64,000 nucleotides of DNA. It comes from Candidatus Hermodarchaeota archaeon (GTDB lineage Archaea > Asgardarchaeota > Thorarchaeia > Thorarchaeales > Thorarchaeaceae). Below the pieces are notes generated by a model. It was not told the origin of the DNA and did not search any database. It saw nothing but the letters and a program-made list of their open reading frames with translations. Positions 29,399 to 38,623 of this stretch are shown one piece after another. The stretch is taken from the NCBI GenBank assembly GCA_048885865.1, contig JBHLLF010000005.1, positions 1 through 64,000 on the forward strand, given 5' to 3'. Both the position numbers and the translations under genes were made by a program. How positions within the stretch are numbered: the stretch's first letter is position 1; every line of letters begins with the position of its first letter.

Positions 29399-29477
29399 AG
29401 CGGGTTGGGGAAGCCAGGCCAATCCCGCAGGGCTCATAACCCTGAGATCGGAAGTTCAAATCTTCCACCCGCTACCA
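29399..29477 (+). tRNA. tRNA-iMet (CAT), initiator type, CCA encoded
   Basis: AGCGGGT/ACCCGCT acceptor with A1:U72; CAGGG-CTCATAA-CCCTG with three G-C pairs; GGAAG-TTCAAAT-CTTCC T arm; upstream AAACCCTTAATA promoter. Confidence 0.96.
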
Positions 29478-29898
29478 TTTCTTTCTCCAATATTGCAAGA
29501 AAATGAATTCCTGGCTTCCACGATGAAGGCATCAATTATACTCATGGGAGGAAGCCAGGTCCGGCTGTTTCTCAAAATGGCTCCGGCGGTGGAGTAAATG
29601 GTTTCAAACCCCTGGGTTCTTGAGGAGGAGCAAATAGTTTGTTACTAACTAGTTCTTTTTGCCGTAGTATCATTGCGATCAAAATGAGATGCGGTTTTCT
29701 TGGCAGAATCCCATTCAGCAGTTCATTGCATTTTGAACCCGCTCTACAGTTCAGTTCTTAGCAAAATGACGCCTTTGAGAGTGAGGGTTCTTATAGGGAC
29801 TTAATAAGTCCCAGGTGTCAATTTCTCAAGAAACTCAATGAAGATATAGCCAGTAGTGCGCACGGAGTTCTGACCAGGAAAATCTGGAAGGGTTACAA

Positions 29899-30162
29899 AT
29901 GCAAGTGTTCGTAGAAGTTTCATTGTTGACTGCAATCTATGCAGTCTGGATCTTGCTTCTGGTCAACGCCATGGTGTCCAGTGAAGAGGTATCCCTTACC
30001 ATCGCCACACTTCCATTCATAGTCACTTTCCCAATCGCACTACTTCTTGCCGCGTCAGCTGAAGTCTTCATGCCGGGTGTCCTTGGAGTTGACATCCTTC
30101 TCACTGTAATCATGGGAGTCCTTCTGTTTGTGAGATGGGTGATGGCAATCGTTGGTGAGTAA
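29899..30162 (+). CDS. Small multi-TM hypothetical protein
   Basis: 87 aa, almost entirely hydrophobic, GGAAGGG upstream. Confidence 0.65.
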   Translation: MQVFVEVSLLTAIYAVWILLLVNAMVSSEEVSLTIATLPFIVTFPIALLLAASAEVFMPGVLGVDILLTVIMGVLLFVRWVMAIVGE

Positions 30163-30215
30163 CCTACAGAACTCACTAAAGATGGGAAAATGAACAATAA
30201 TCAAGAACTCGAAGG

Positions 30216-30380
30216 CTACTTCTGACCCTTACGCTTGAACTCTGTGTATCCACAGCGGCCACATGCGAAGCGATCAAAATGTTCAGCCATATAGGTCCCC
30301 TTCTCACATCGAGGGCAGGTTCTCTTGTTGGGTGTGACCTTTCCAGTCTTCGAGTCTACCTTGTACATTTTGTGCGCCAT
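30216..30380 (-). CDS. rps27ae: 30S ribosomal protein S27ae (eS31); missing from ORF track
   Basis: Manual translation [54 protein letters not shown]. Confidence 0.95.
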   Translation of the reverse strand: MAHKMYKVDSKTGKVTPNKRTCPRCEKGTYMAEHFDRFACGRCGYTEFKRKGQK

Positions 30381-30689
30381 CTAGGACTCCTCTCCTGCCT
30401 TCTTTGCCCCATGCCTCTTTACGATGTGATTAAGCTCGACCCTCTTCATCTGCTCGGGATCAGAGTATATCCTTGCAGACCCCTCTGTCATTCCAGCACC
30501 AAACTTGGTGTCAAGACTTCGGATGACCACTGTGTCTGCATCTGCATCAAACTGAGCCACTATCTTGGCCTTTACGTCAGCCCTACTAGGAGTGGTTTCA
30601 CCGATATGTTCCACTCTGAAGTCTATCTCTTTCCTAGCGAGAGGTCTGTTTTCTTTCTCTTGAAGAATCTCAATCTTCATTTGCATCAC
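30381..30689 (-). CDS. rps24e: 30S ribosomal protein S24e
   Basis: ENRPLARKEI, TPSRADVK, TKFG...G.ARIY. Confidence 0.95.
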   Translation of the reverse strand: MMQMKIEILQEKENRPLARKEIDFRVEHIGETTPSRADVKAKIVAQFDADADTVVIRSLDTKFGAGMTEGSARIYSDPEQMKRVELNHIVKRHGAKKAGEES

Positions 30690-30782
30690 TCTTTACATCT
30701 GGACTGACCTCTGAGGTGAGTCAGCCATTCGACCTTGGGTTGTCTAATAAAGCTTTCACCACAGACAATCTGAAATCACTGT

Positions 30783-30995
30783 CTAGCGAACTTTCAGAGC
30801 GTATTTGCCAGGTCTGTCAATGTTAAGCCGTTCAGCTATGTAGGAACTATTTCGTGGGTCTTCGTTCTTATTTCGCCCTGGGAGAATCACCACAATTCCA
30901 GTGTATGAAGTAGACAGACTAGTGCTTTTACAGTTGGGACACTGGTCCTCATTTGTCAGAAAATGGCAGGACCTACAGGCTCTTTGCTTTGCCAT
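30783..30995 (-). CDS. spt4: Transcription elongation factor Spt4 (RpoE'')
   Basis: ACRSC..CPNC..Y.G.VVI..S.IA..L.I..PGKYALKVR. Confidence 0.95.
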   Translation of the reverse strand: MAKQRACRSCHFLTNEDQCPNCKSTSLSTSYTGIVVILPGRNKNEDPRNSSYIAERLNIDRPGKYALKVR

Positions 30996-31008
30996 GGAAT
31001 CTCCTCAG

Positions 31009-31623
31009 CTACTTCTTCTTGTCCTTCTTTGACTTCTCCCCACGGGCACTTCTGACATCATCCTCTACCCATGAGTTCTGTGGGCCAATCTTGCCCAGGA
31101 AAGGTTGCCGCATGGTGAGACCCAGCTTTCCAGATCTGTTACCAGACTCGAAGCTGATTGAAGTGATACGAGCTCTGACACTATCTCCCTCAGCAAGGGT
31201 CCTTCCGGTTTCCTTACCCAGCAATGCACTGCCCTTAGAGTCTTGAGTAATGAAATCATCACATATCTGGCTCACGTGACAGAGACCGTCTAGAGGCCCC
31301 ATTCTGATGAATGCCCCAAAGTCCATCAGCTCGACTACATTCCCTTCCACAAGTTCCCCTCTTATCGGTTTGAACACTAGAACCTGGTAGGTGACTGAAT
31401 GATAGGTAGCACCGTCGCCTGGCATGAGTCGTCCCTGGCCAATGTCATCGATACCAATGACCGCGATCATGAGTCCGACATCTCTGTCTAGGACATTCTC
31501 ATGCTGCTTGCGTAAATGGACCATTGCAGCATCTTCTATCTGAGAACCAAACTCCTTTGGAGGAATTCGGACGACATCTCTTACTGTGACAACGCTGTAT
31601 ATCTTAATCACCGACCTGGACAA
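31009..31623 (-). CDS. rpoE1: DNA-directed RNA polymerase subunit E' (Rpo7)
   Basis: VRIPP..FG, GDGATY, FGAFIRMGPLDGLCHVSQI, GLTMRQPFLG; start uncertain. Confidence 0.95.
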   Translation of the reverse strand: MSRSVIKIYSVVTVRDVVRIPPKEFGSQIEDAAMVHLRKQHENVLDRDVGLMIAVIGIDDIGQGRLMPGDGATYHSVTYQVLVFKPIRGELVEGNVVELMDFGAFIRMGPLDGLCHVSQICDDFITQDSKGSALLGKETGRTLAEGDSVRARITSISFESGNRSGKLGLTMRQPFLGKIGPQNSWVEDDVRSARGEKSKKDKKK

Positions 31624-31720
31624 TCATAGAATAATCAGACTATCGCCTAGATGCATTAGTCTGGACCCAACGGCTCAGCGGTGCAACCATTTGGTAAACA
31701 TAAAAAGATTGTGAATAGGT

Positions 31721-32134
31721 CTATGATACATCTCCTTCGAGAGCAAGCCGCTTCCTGCCTCTGAGAAGCAACACAGGAAGCCCCTTCACTCGCGCACGGG
31801 CCCGCAGGTCCTTGTCATTTGTTGCCAACACGCCGCCAGCCTGGGATGTGTATTCTATAAGCTGGTCATCAACGGTCATTTCTGAAAGCGTGTCTTGAAC
31901 GTCTACTTTCCTGCAATTCTCAGCCAGTTCCAAAGCTATTCGAAAGGCTCGTTTATCACTACCCTTCGCTGTTTTCGCAAGTTTGTTGATTTCTTCCAAA
32001 ACAGAATCAAGGATCACGAATTCCACTCGTTGTTCCAGAATCGTTTCAGCCTCAGAGAAGACATCCACGCTAAACTGGGGGGGCACGGTGAGGAAGTTGG
32101 TATCAACCACGACAAGAATGACCACTTTGTTCAC
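31721..32134 (-). CDS. PIN-domain protein (Fcf1/Utp24-like)
   Basis: VDTNFL, VLEEI, VDDQLI, LATNDKDLR; conserved position after eif2g. Confidence 0.88.
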   Translation of the reverse strand: MNKVVILVVVDTNFLTVPPQFSVDVFSEAETILEQRVEFVILDSVLEEINKLAKTAKGSDKRAFRIALELAENCRKVDVQDTLSEMTVDDQLIEYTSQAGGVLATNDKDLRARARVKGLPVLLLRGRKRLALEGDVS

Positions 32135-32145
32135 GAGCTTTTCTT

Positions 32146-33378
32146 TCAAGTTTCTGCATACCCAATGAGTCGCCACTTGTTCTCGACTCTGCGTCCAATG
32201 GCAATCCGTTGTCCTTTCTCCACAGCCACAGGTCTCTTGAGTTCAAGCTCGATCTCTTTTCCGTGAAGTCTAGTAATCACACCCACAGTGGCTGCAGTCC
32301 CAACAACAAGCATGAGGGGCTCATTGTGTCTGAGATTCCCTACATCTCTCTCGGATTCCATTCCCACAACCCTCTCCATCAGAATGGGCTCGATCATTAG
32401 CTTGTCAATGGTCTTTGGCATCTTGCCGGCTCTACCAACAACATTTCCTACAAGCCTGTCTGCGCGAGTAGACGCAGGGTCAAGAGCGGTTCCAACACCA
32501 ATCAGGCCTCCCGGTCGAGCCTCAGATAGTTCATTTCCACTTCCTGAGAGCAGACTAGTTATCTTTGCTCGAATTGGCTGAAATCCTTTCTCTCCTCGAG
32601 CTCCTGGCGCTATCTCTATCTCATCCCCTACCGACAAAACGCCCCTGACAATGGAACCACCAACTACGCCGCCTCGCAGCTGGTCTGGTAGACTTCCTGG
32701 CTTGTTGATATCAAATGATCTGGCCACAAACATCTTTGGGACCGCATCTGCATCTCTTTCAGGAGTCGGAATCACTTCCTCTATCTTCTGGATTAGCAGG
32801 TCTGTGTTTGCTCCAAACACCGCAGAAACAGGGACTATTGGTGCCTCTTCAGCTGTTGTACCCTTGACAAATGCCTTGATCTGATTGTAGTGGTCTATGG
32901 CTTCTTCTTTCGAAACCAGTTCGATCTTGTTTTGAACGATGATTATCTTCTTAACGCCGACAATCTCCAGAGCGCGAAGGTGTTCAGAGGTCTGTGGCAT
33001 TGGACAGGGCTCATTGGCTGCTATAACAAGGATTGCGCCATCCATGAGGCTTGCTCCACTAAGACAGGTTGCCATCAAGGACTCGTGACCAGGACTGTCT
33101 ACAAACGATATCTCACGGATGGTTTCCAATTTTCCTTGACATTTCGGACACTCTCCATCCTTTGCTAAGTGGGATGTTGTGTATGCCTGTGGTTCTGAGC
33201 ATTTTGTACACTTCATGAGCGTGGTCGCTGCATACCCAAGCCTGATTGAGATTCCCCTTCTTACCTCGTCTGAATGACGATCCGTCCACTCTCCAGTGAG
33301 GTATTCCACAAGGGTCGTCTTACCATGGTCGACGTGGCCCAAGGTACCAATGCTTATCTCAGATTGTCCTTCATACAC
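32146..33378 (-). CDS. eif2g: Translation initiation factor aIF2 gamma
   Basis: GHVDHGKTT, RGISIRLGYA, DSPGHE, QNKIE, WRLIGY. Confidence 0.98.
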   Translation of the reverse strand: MYEGQSEISIGTLGHVDHGKTTLVEYLTGEWTDRHSDEVRRGISIRLGYAATTLMKCTKCSEPQAYTTSHLAKDGECPKCQGKLETIREISFVDSPGHESLMATCLSGASLMDGAILVIAANEPCPMPQTSEHLRALEIVGVKKIIIVQNKIELVSKEEAIDHYNQIKAFVKGTTAEEAPIVPVSAVFGANTDLLIQKIEEVIPTPERDADAVPKMFVARSFDINKPGSLPDQLRGGVVGGSIVRGVLSVGDEIEIAPGARGEKGFQPIRAKITSLLSGSGNELSEARPGGLIGVGTALDPASTRADRLVGNVVGRAGKMPKTIDKLMIEPILMERVVGMESERDVGNLRHNEPLMLVVGTAATVGVITRLHGKEIELELKRPVAVEKGQRIAIGRRVENKWRLIGYAET

Positions 33379-33468
33379 CTAATCGTCACTTCCAAGTGTC
33401 CTGGTCTAATATGCTCTGAAACATCCGAAGGTGGTTTAAAGTCTGTGGTTGGCCCACAGTAAAACCCG

Positions 33469-33852
33469 TTATGCAGCCTTCATCACGAGCTCTTCGAGTG
33501 GAGTGCTGCCTTTCTCCTCAATTCTCATGTTGACCTGAGATATGTCCAAGTTAAGTTCTCTGCCCCGAACAGTCTTTCTCTTTGCCATTCCTTTTCTCTT
33601 GGACCTGAAACCCGGAGGGCCCTTAATCAAAATTCTCTTCTTTCCGCTACCATGAACATCTGGGCGTATCGGAAAGCCTGATGCATCACTCCCCCCAGTT
33701 ATCTTCAACTTGTATCCGGGGAGACCGAGCACATCACCTTCAACCACATCGCCCACACTCTTACCAACTAATGCGTTGGTCTTGGCATCATCTAGCTCAT
33801 ATTGGATTGCCTTTCCTTCTTCAGGGTCGGAGATTACTAACTTGAATGGCAA
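33469..33852 (-). CDS. rps6e: 30S ribosomal protein S6e
   Basis: FKLVISDP, LKITGGSD.SGFP, RKTVRG. Confidence 0.97.
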   Translation of the reverse strand: MPFKLVISDPEEGKAIQYELDDAKTNALVGKSVGDVVEGDVLGLPGYKLKITGGSDASGFPIRPDVHGSGKKRILIKGPPGFRSKRKGMAKRKTVRGRELNLDISQVNMRIEEKGSTPLEELVMKAA

Positions 33853-34048
33853 CTAACTGTTCGCCTACCTTGAAACTATACTAGGATGGTCCTAGGCCTG
33901 TTCGGCGGCGTAGCCAGAGTGCATCACTTTATGAGGATTGTGGTCGAACCCAGTAGAATGCGACTTGACCCAGCCTTGTTGTAATTGGCCTAGGACACAA
34001 CCATTATAACCTCCACCCCTCCTGACCCAAAGAACCACCCCACGAGAC

Positions 34049-35233
34049 TTGAACAGCATGGACCCCCTCATCTTTCTAGCAATTGCAGCAGTCATCTGGA
34101 TTCTCGTCTTCATCCTCGCTCAGTATATTGGTTTTGAGAAGCTCAACCAACGGGGTATTGAGGCTAGCACACCGTTCTTCCTCCTCATCAAGACAGAGAG
34201 ATTGAATGCATTTCTCACAAAGTGGGGGAAGAAGTTCCCACGAGTCTTTTGGAATGCCGGGATAGTTGTTGGCTTCGGAGGAATGATTGTCGGTTTCTAC
34301 ATCTTTGCTGATAACTTCATCAAGTTCTTCATCCAGCCTGCCCAGGCTGGCGGGGTTGTGCCAATCATTCCTGGAGTGACAATCACTGGTCTTCCTCTAA
34401 TCTACATGCTGATCGGCCTTGCTGTGACTCTTATCACCCACGAGTTCGCTCATGGACTGGCTTCATCGCGTGAAGACATTCCGATAAAGAGCTCAGGCCT
34501 TCTCTTCTTCTATGTGATATTTGGAGGATTCGTCGAGCCTGACGAAGAAACGTTTGAGCAAAAGGCTGGACCAAAGTCAAGGATGCGAATGCTTGCCGCA
34601 GGGTCCTTTGCCAACCTAATCACCGGACTCATAGTCTTCATACTGATAGCTAACTTCAATCCTATAGCGTCGATTGCCTATAATCCACCAAACGGAGCTT
34701 ACATCTATGAAACGCAGGCAGGGTCACCAGGGGCTGCAGCTCTACAGATTGGTGATGTCATTGTCGGGCTTAATGACACAGAGATAGCCACATGGGGTGA
34801 CGTTGATCGATTCATGGATAATGCGACATCCGGGTCTTTGCTTACCATATATACCACGAACCCGTTGACGAATGACACGACGATAATTCTTGCTGAAAAT
34901 CCTTCCAATGCATCGCAGGGTTATATCGGAATCTTTGGCGCAGACTATTGGGAACCAAAGCCGGGCTGGGATGTGATACTCACGCCTCTCACTGTATTCC
35001 ATGCGCAACAGATTCTCATCTGGCTGTGGATCATTCTGGTTTCCATAGGGTTGCTCAATCTTCTCCCAATACCTGCGTTTGATGGGGACAAGCTGCTGAG
35101 CAATGCGCTGAGTCTTGTCACCGATGATGAGAAGAAGATTAAGTACGTGATGTGGCCGGCACGAATACTCTCTATCACAATTCTCCTCGGCAGCATTATC
35201 CTCAGTCTAGTCTTAGGGAAGGCAATATTCTAG
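34049..35233 (+). CDS. Site-2 protease (M50) with PDZ-like insert
   Basis: THEFAHG, GGFVEPDE, AAGSFAN, NLLPIPAFDG. Confidence 0.93.
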   Translation: MNSMDPLIFLAIAAVIWILVFILAQYIGFEKLNQRGIEASTPFFLLIKTERLNAFLTKWGKKFPRVFWNAGIVVGFGGMIVGFYIFADNFIKFFIQPAQAGGVVPIIPGVTITGLPLIYMLIGLAVTLITHEFAHGLASSREDIPIKSSGLLFFYVIFGGFVEPDEETFEQKAGPKSRMRMLAAGSFANLITGLIVFILIANFNPIASIAYNPPNGAYIYETQAGSPGAAALQIGDVIVGLNDTEIATWGDVDRFMDNATSGSLLTIYTTNPLTNDTTIILAENPSNASQGYIGIFGADYWEPKPGWDVILTPLTVFHAQQILIWLWIILVSIGLLNLLPIPAFDGDKLLSNALSLVTDDEKKIKYVMWPARILSITILLGSIILSLVLGKAIF

Positions 35234-35302
35234 GTCAGTTTATGTACAGAATCTAATTATCGGACCTAAAAAGGGACCATTTGGACAATTCACCGATGCA
35301 AT

Positions 35303-35728
35303 ATGATTTCAGCACAGATAGGTACAATGCAAAATGTTCGTGAGAAGGCCCGTAAGGCACTAACTGACTATCTCACAATGTATCTTCCAGGTACTTGGAC
35401 TGAAGCCCTCGCAAGATTGAAGCTGCTCCTTCAATCAAATTCTGATATTGACTGGGAAGCCCTCAAAGGTCATGCTTTGTTCTTCTTCGATGAGAAACGA
35501 CTCTCAAATGACAGAGTGGAGTGCCTTGCTCGAGTTGAGCGGTTGGGCGAGGCCCTCAAAGAGATACATGGTGCACTTTCGCCAGCGGAATGGCACAAGA
35601 CGGTTGATGACATAGCTCACGCAGCAAACTTCAGGGTCTCAAAGGCCGCAATTCAAGCTACCAAACTACATGGGGTAGAAGAGCCAAAGGAAAAGGATAC
35701 AAAGAGGCCTGAACGACCCAAAGCCTGA
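35303..35728 (+). CDS. Hypothetical helical protein
   Basis: 141-aa ORF, no recognised motif; likely start ATG 35327. Confidence 0.65.
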   Translation: MISAQIGTMQNVREKARKALTDYLTMYLPGTWTEALARLKLLLQSNSDIDWEALKGHALFFFDEKRLSNDRVECLARVERLGEALKEIHGALSPAEWHKTVDDIAHAANFRVSKAAIQATKLHGVEEPKEKDTKRPERPKA

Positions 35729-35864
35729 TTATAACCCACTCAAAAGCCAGGTCAAACGGATGGCTATTAGCCGAGAAAACCAATAGATGGCACTATAGCA
35801 GCCTGTCTCTAGATGAGAGTCTTTAACTGCGATTCCTGTCACAGTCTGCTAGGAGTACCCATAC

Positions 35865-36794
35865 ATGTCTGTCAAGTGCTCGAAGTGTGGAAAGCCTGCA
35901 GTATATCTGAGAAGGTACACCGCCGAGCGGCTTTGCAAGGCTTGTCTGACATCTACAACACTACAAAGAGTAAGACGGACTATAAACAGAGAGAAAATGT
36001 TACTTGAAGATGATCGAATAGCTGTTGCGATCTCAGGGGGGAAGGACAGCGCAGTTCTATTGGACGTCTTGTCCCGAATCGAACAAGATTTTCCCAGTGT
36101 TGAACTAGTTCCCATTACAATTGACGAAGGAATACAGGGATATCGTGACAAAGCACTAGTAGCTGCTAAGGAATTAACAGCCAAACTGAACCTGAAACTT
36201 GAAGTGCAGGACTTTTCAAGTATCTTTGGTCGGTCATTGGATGAGATTGTGACCAGTCGTGATGATAACTCAGTGGGTCCATGCTCATACTGTGGTGTTC
36301 TAAGAAGAAGAGCTATAAACACAACAGCGAAAGAACTGGCGGCTGATGTTGTCGTTACGGGACACAATTTGGACGACGAGGCACAGACAATCATGATGAA
36401 CATGATGCGCGGTGACAGCCGTAGAATAGCTCGTACCAATAGGTCCAGAGCGAATCCAATAGATGGCCTTGTTCCTCGCGTCAAGCCCATCAAGGAGCTC
36501 TCTGAGAGGGACATCGTTGCTTATACTCATCATCTCTCACTTCCATACCATGATGTACCCTGTCCATATGCTGTAGAGGCCTATCGAAACGATATTCGTG
36601 AGTTTCTGAATCGGATGGAGCATAAGCGTCCCGGTACGCTTCTAGCGATTCTGCGATCATCTGAATCAATAGCTGAGGCATTTGAACAGAGTGCTGACGA
36701 GTCGAATCTCCAGACATGCGATACATGTGGAGATCCAAGTTCTTCAAGAATCTGCAAAGTTTGCTCAATGCTTGATGCTCTAAGAGCTGAGTGA
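35865..36794 (+). CDS. ncsA: tRNA 2-thiolation protein NcsA/TtuA (TIGR00269-like)
   Basis: N- and C-terminal Zn fingers, SGGKDS PP-loop, CSYCGVLRR, GHNLDDEAQT, CPY. Confidence 0.9.
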   Translation: MSVKCSKCGKPAVYLRRYTAERLCKACLTSTTLQRVRRTINREKMLLEDDRIAVAISGGKDSAVLLDVLSRIEQDFPSVELVPITIDEGIQGYRDKALVAAKELTAKLNLKLEVQDFSSIFGRSLDEIVTSRDDNSVGPCSYCGVLRRRAINTTAKELAADVVVTGHNLDDEAQTIMMNMMRGDSRRIARTNRSRANPIDGLVPRVKPIKELSERDIVAYTHHLSLPYHDVPCPYAVEAYRNDIREFLNRMEHKRPGTLLAILRSSESIAEAFEQSADESNLQTCDTCGDPSSSRICKVCSMLDALRAE

Positions 36795-36795
36795 A

Positions 36796-37497
36796 ATGAC
36801 AAAACGACCTGAAACCCTGCATGAAACTCGAGAGGTTGTCTACGATGAAGATCACTGGAGTCTGCTAGGATCGTTGCGCGAGAAGGCATTGAAGGTTATG
36901 CAGAAGCTTGATGATGCAGGTATGAGATCTTTCACCTATGGGTCTATTGCACGCGGAGATGTACACAAGTCTTCAGACATCGACGTGATTGTGCCATATC
37001 CCGTATCAAGCTATAAAATCGAAGTGAGTATCGGGAGAGGAGTCCATAGAGAACTTGTGCAGGCAACCCCCTCAACAGTGATCAAGGGTCATATTCATCT
37101 AAGTAATGATTTGGTTGTGACTTTTCCACTCTTCAAGCTCATGCCTAGGGAAGAGGAGTTCTATCAGTGGGGTGGGCAGGTGAATATTGACCAGATTCAT
37201 GATGAGGTTCGTGTGCCAGGTGTCGACAAACGACTGGTCCTGATAGACCCTACGGAAACTGGTCATATCGAACATGGTGTCATTGGCTACGAACATGAAG
37301 TTGCCAAGAGAATTGGGGTAAGCATCGCAATTGCTCAGGAGCGTGTACGTGTGCTGAGGAGACGCAATAATGTGGGAAGAACTGGAGTGTACCTCACTAG
37401 ACCACTCTCTGAGGACGAGAGCTTTGAAACTGTGGCTAAGAGTCTGAAGGACAGTGATCCAGCTATAAGACGAACAATAGGGCGAAGAGGGGAATAG
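36796..37497 (+). CDS. Pol-beta-superfamily nucleotidyltransferase
   Basis: YGSIARGDVHKSSDIDV, RVPGVDKRL, GRTGVY. Confidence 0.87.
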   Translation: MTKRPETLHETREVVYDEDHWSLLGSLREKALKVMQKLDDAGMRSFTYGSIARGDVHKSSDIDVIVPYPVSSYKIEVSIGRGVHRELVQATPSTVIKGHIHLSNDLVVTFPLFKLMPREEEFYQWGGQVNIDQIHDEVRVPGVDKRLVLIDPTETGHIEHGVIGYEHEVAKRIGVSIAIAQERVRVLRRRNNVGRTGVYLTRPLSEDESFETVAKSLKDSDPAIRRTIGRRGE

Positions 37498-37510
37498 AGG
37501 TGCCACACTG

Positions 37511-38623
37511 ATGCGTTCAGTTCACAAGACCAAGGGAGAATCATTGCTTGTAGGCAAGATGCCAGCTGGCTGCAAAATGTGCGCTCTAGGCACCAAGATG
37601 GTCCTGTTTGTCACTGGCTTATGCGAAAGTGCCTGTTTCTACTGTCCATTATCCCAAGATAAGGCGGGAAATGATGTTGTGTTTGCTGATGAAATGCCGG
37701 TACATAATGACAATGATATCCTTGAAGAATTGGAGGCGATAGGTGCTGAAGGGGCAGGTTTTAGCGGAGGCGATCCACTCTGTCGATTACAAAGAACGCT
37801 AGGATACATTTCACTCCTAAAGGACTCTCAGGGCGATGATTTCCATATACACCTCTATACCTCTCAGTCTGATGCTGATATGCAGCAAATCAAGAACCTA
37901 TATGAAGCCGGCTTGGACGAGATTAGATTCCATCCAATGACCGATAATTGGTCTGCTGTCGAAACAGCCGTGAGTCTTGGAATGGAAGTAGGGATTGAAG
38001 TTCCAGCTATTCCAGGTGAGATTGAATTACTGAAGAAGACAGCTAAGAGAGCAGAAGCAATTGGAGTTTCATATCTAAATATCAATGAACTGGAGAGCAG
38101 TGAGACCAACTTCGAATCGCTCAGTTCCCTTGGACTAAGATTAAGAAACATGGAGTCTGCATCTATTGCAGGGAGCGCGGAGTTAGCTGAGGAAATCATC
38201 AAGTGGTCTGCAGAAGAGCTGGAAACGATTTCAGTCCACTACTGTTCAGCCCATTTCAAAGATGCTATACAGATGCGTAATCGTCTGGAACGCCGTCTTG
38301 AGAGAACCGCGAGAGAGTTTGAAGAACGTGCAGACGACGACCCTCTCCTGATACTTGGAGTGATCAGAGCGCCTTTTGGAGAAGAACTAGACAATGAAAT
38401 GCTGAGTCAGATAAGAAACGTCCTGGAATCACAATTTGATGTTCCATCAACTCAGTTGAATATCGACTTACCTAGAAGGAGAATCGAGATGGCTGGATGG
38501 ATACTTGCAGAGATTGCACAAGATCTCAGGTCATCTGTGAAGAATGGCGATGCTCTAGAGATTGGTATTGCATACGAGTATCCATCATGGGACCGTCTTC
38601 AGACGCTTTTCGACCCTCTATGA
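37511..38623 (+). CDS. Radical SAM protein (uncharacterised archaeal family)
   Basis: GCKMC..G.KMVLFVTGLCESACFYCP, SGGDP, HIHLYT, GLDEIRFH. Confidence 0.9.
   Translation: MRSVHKTKGESLLVGKMPAGCKMCALGTKMVLFVTGLCESACFYCPLSQDKAGNDVVFADEMPVHNDNDILEELEAIGAEGAGFSGGDPLCRLQRTLGYISLLKDSQGDDFHIHLYTSQSDADMQQIKNLYEAGLDEIRFHPMTDNWSAVETAVSLGMEVGIEVPAIPGEIELLKKTAKRAEAIGVSYLNINELESSETNFESLSSLGLRLRNMESASIAGSAELAEEIIKWSAEELETISVHYCSAHFKDAIQMRNRLERRLERTAREFEERADDDPLLILGVIRAPFGEELDNEMLSQIRNVLESQFDVPSTQLNIDLPRRRIEMAGWILAEIAQDLRSSVKNGDALEIGIAYEYPSWDRLQTLFDPL

Noticed and set aside
29545-29620. tRNA-Sec or SRP RNA fragment (GCCAGGTCCGG, TCTCAAA, GGTTTCAAACC)
   Set aside because: No acceptor stem or 7-nt anticodon loop could be built, and the SRP GGAAGG.AGCA continuation is missing
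30279-30707. 142-aa + strand ORF, and the 68-aa ORF at 59143-59349
   Set aside because: Antisense to rps27ae/rps24e and rps30e respectively
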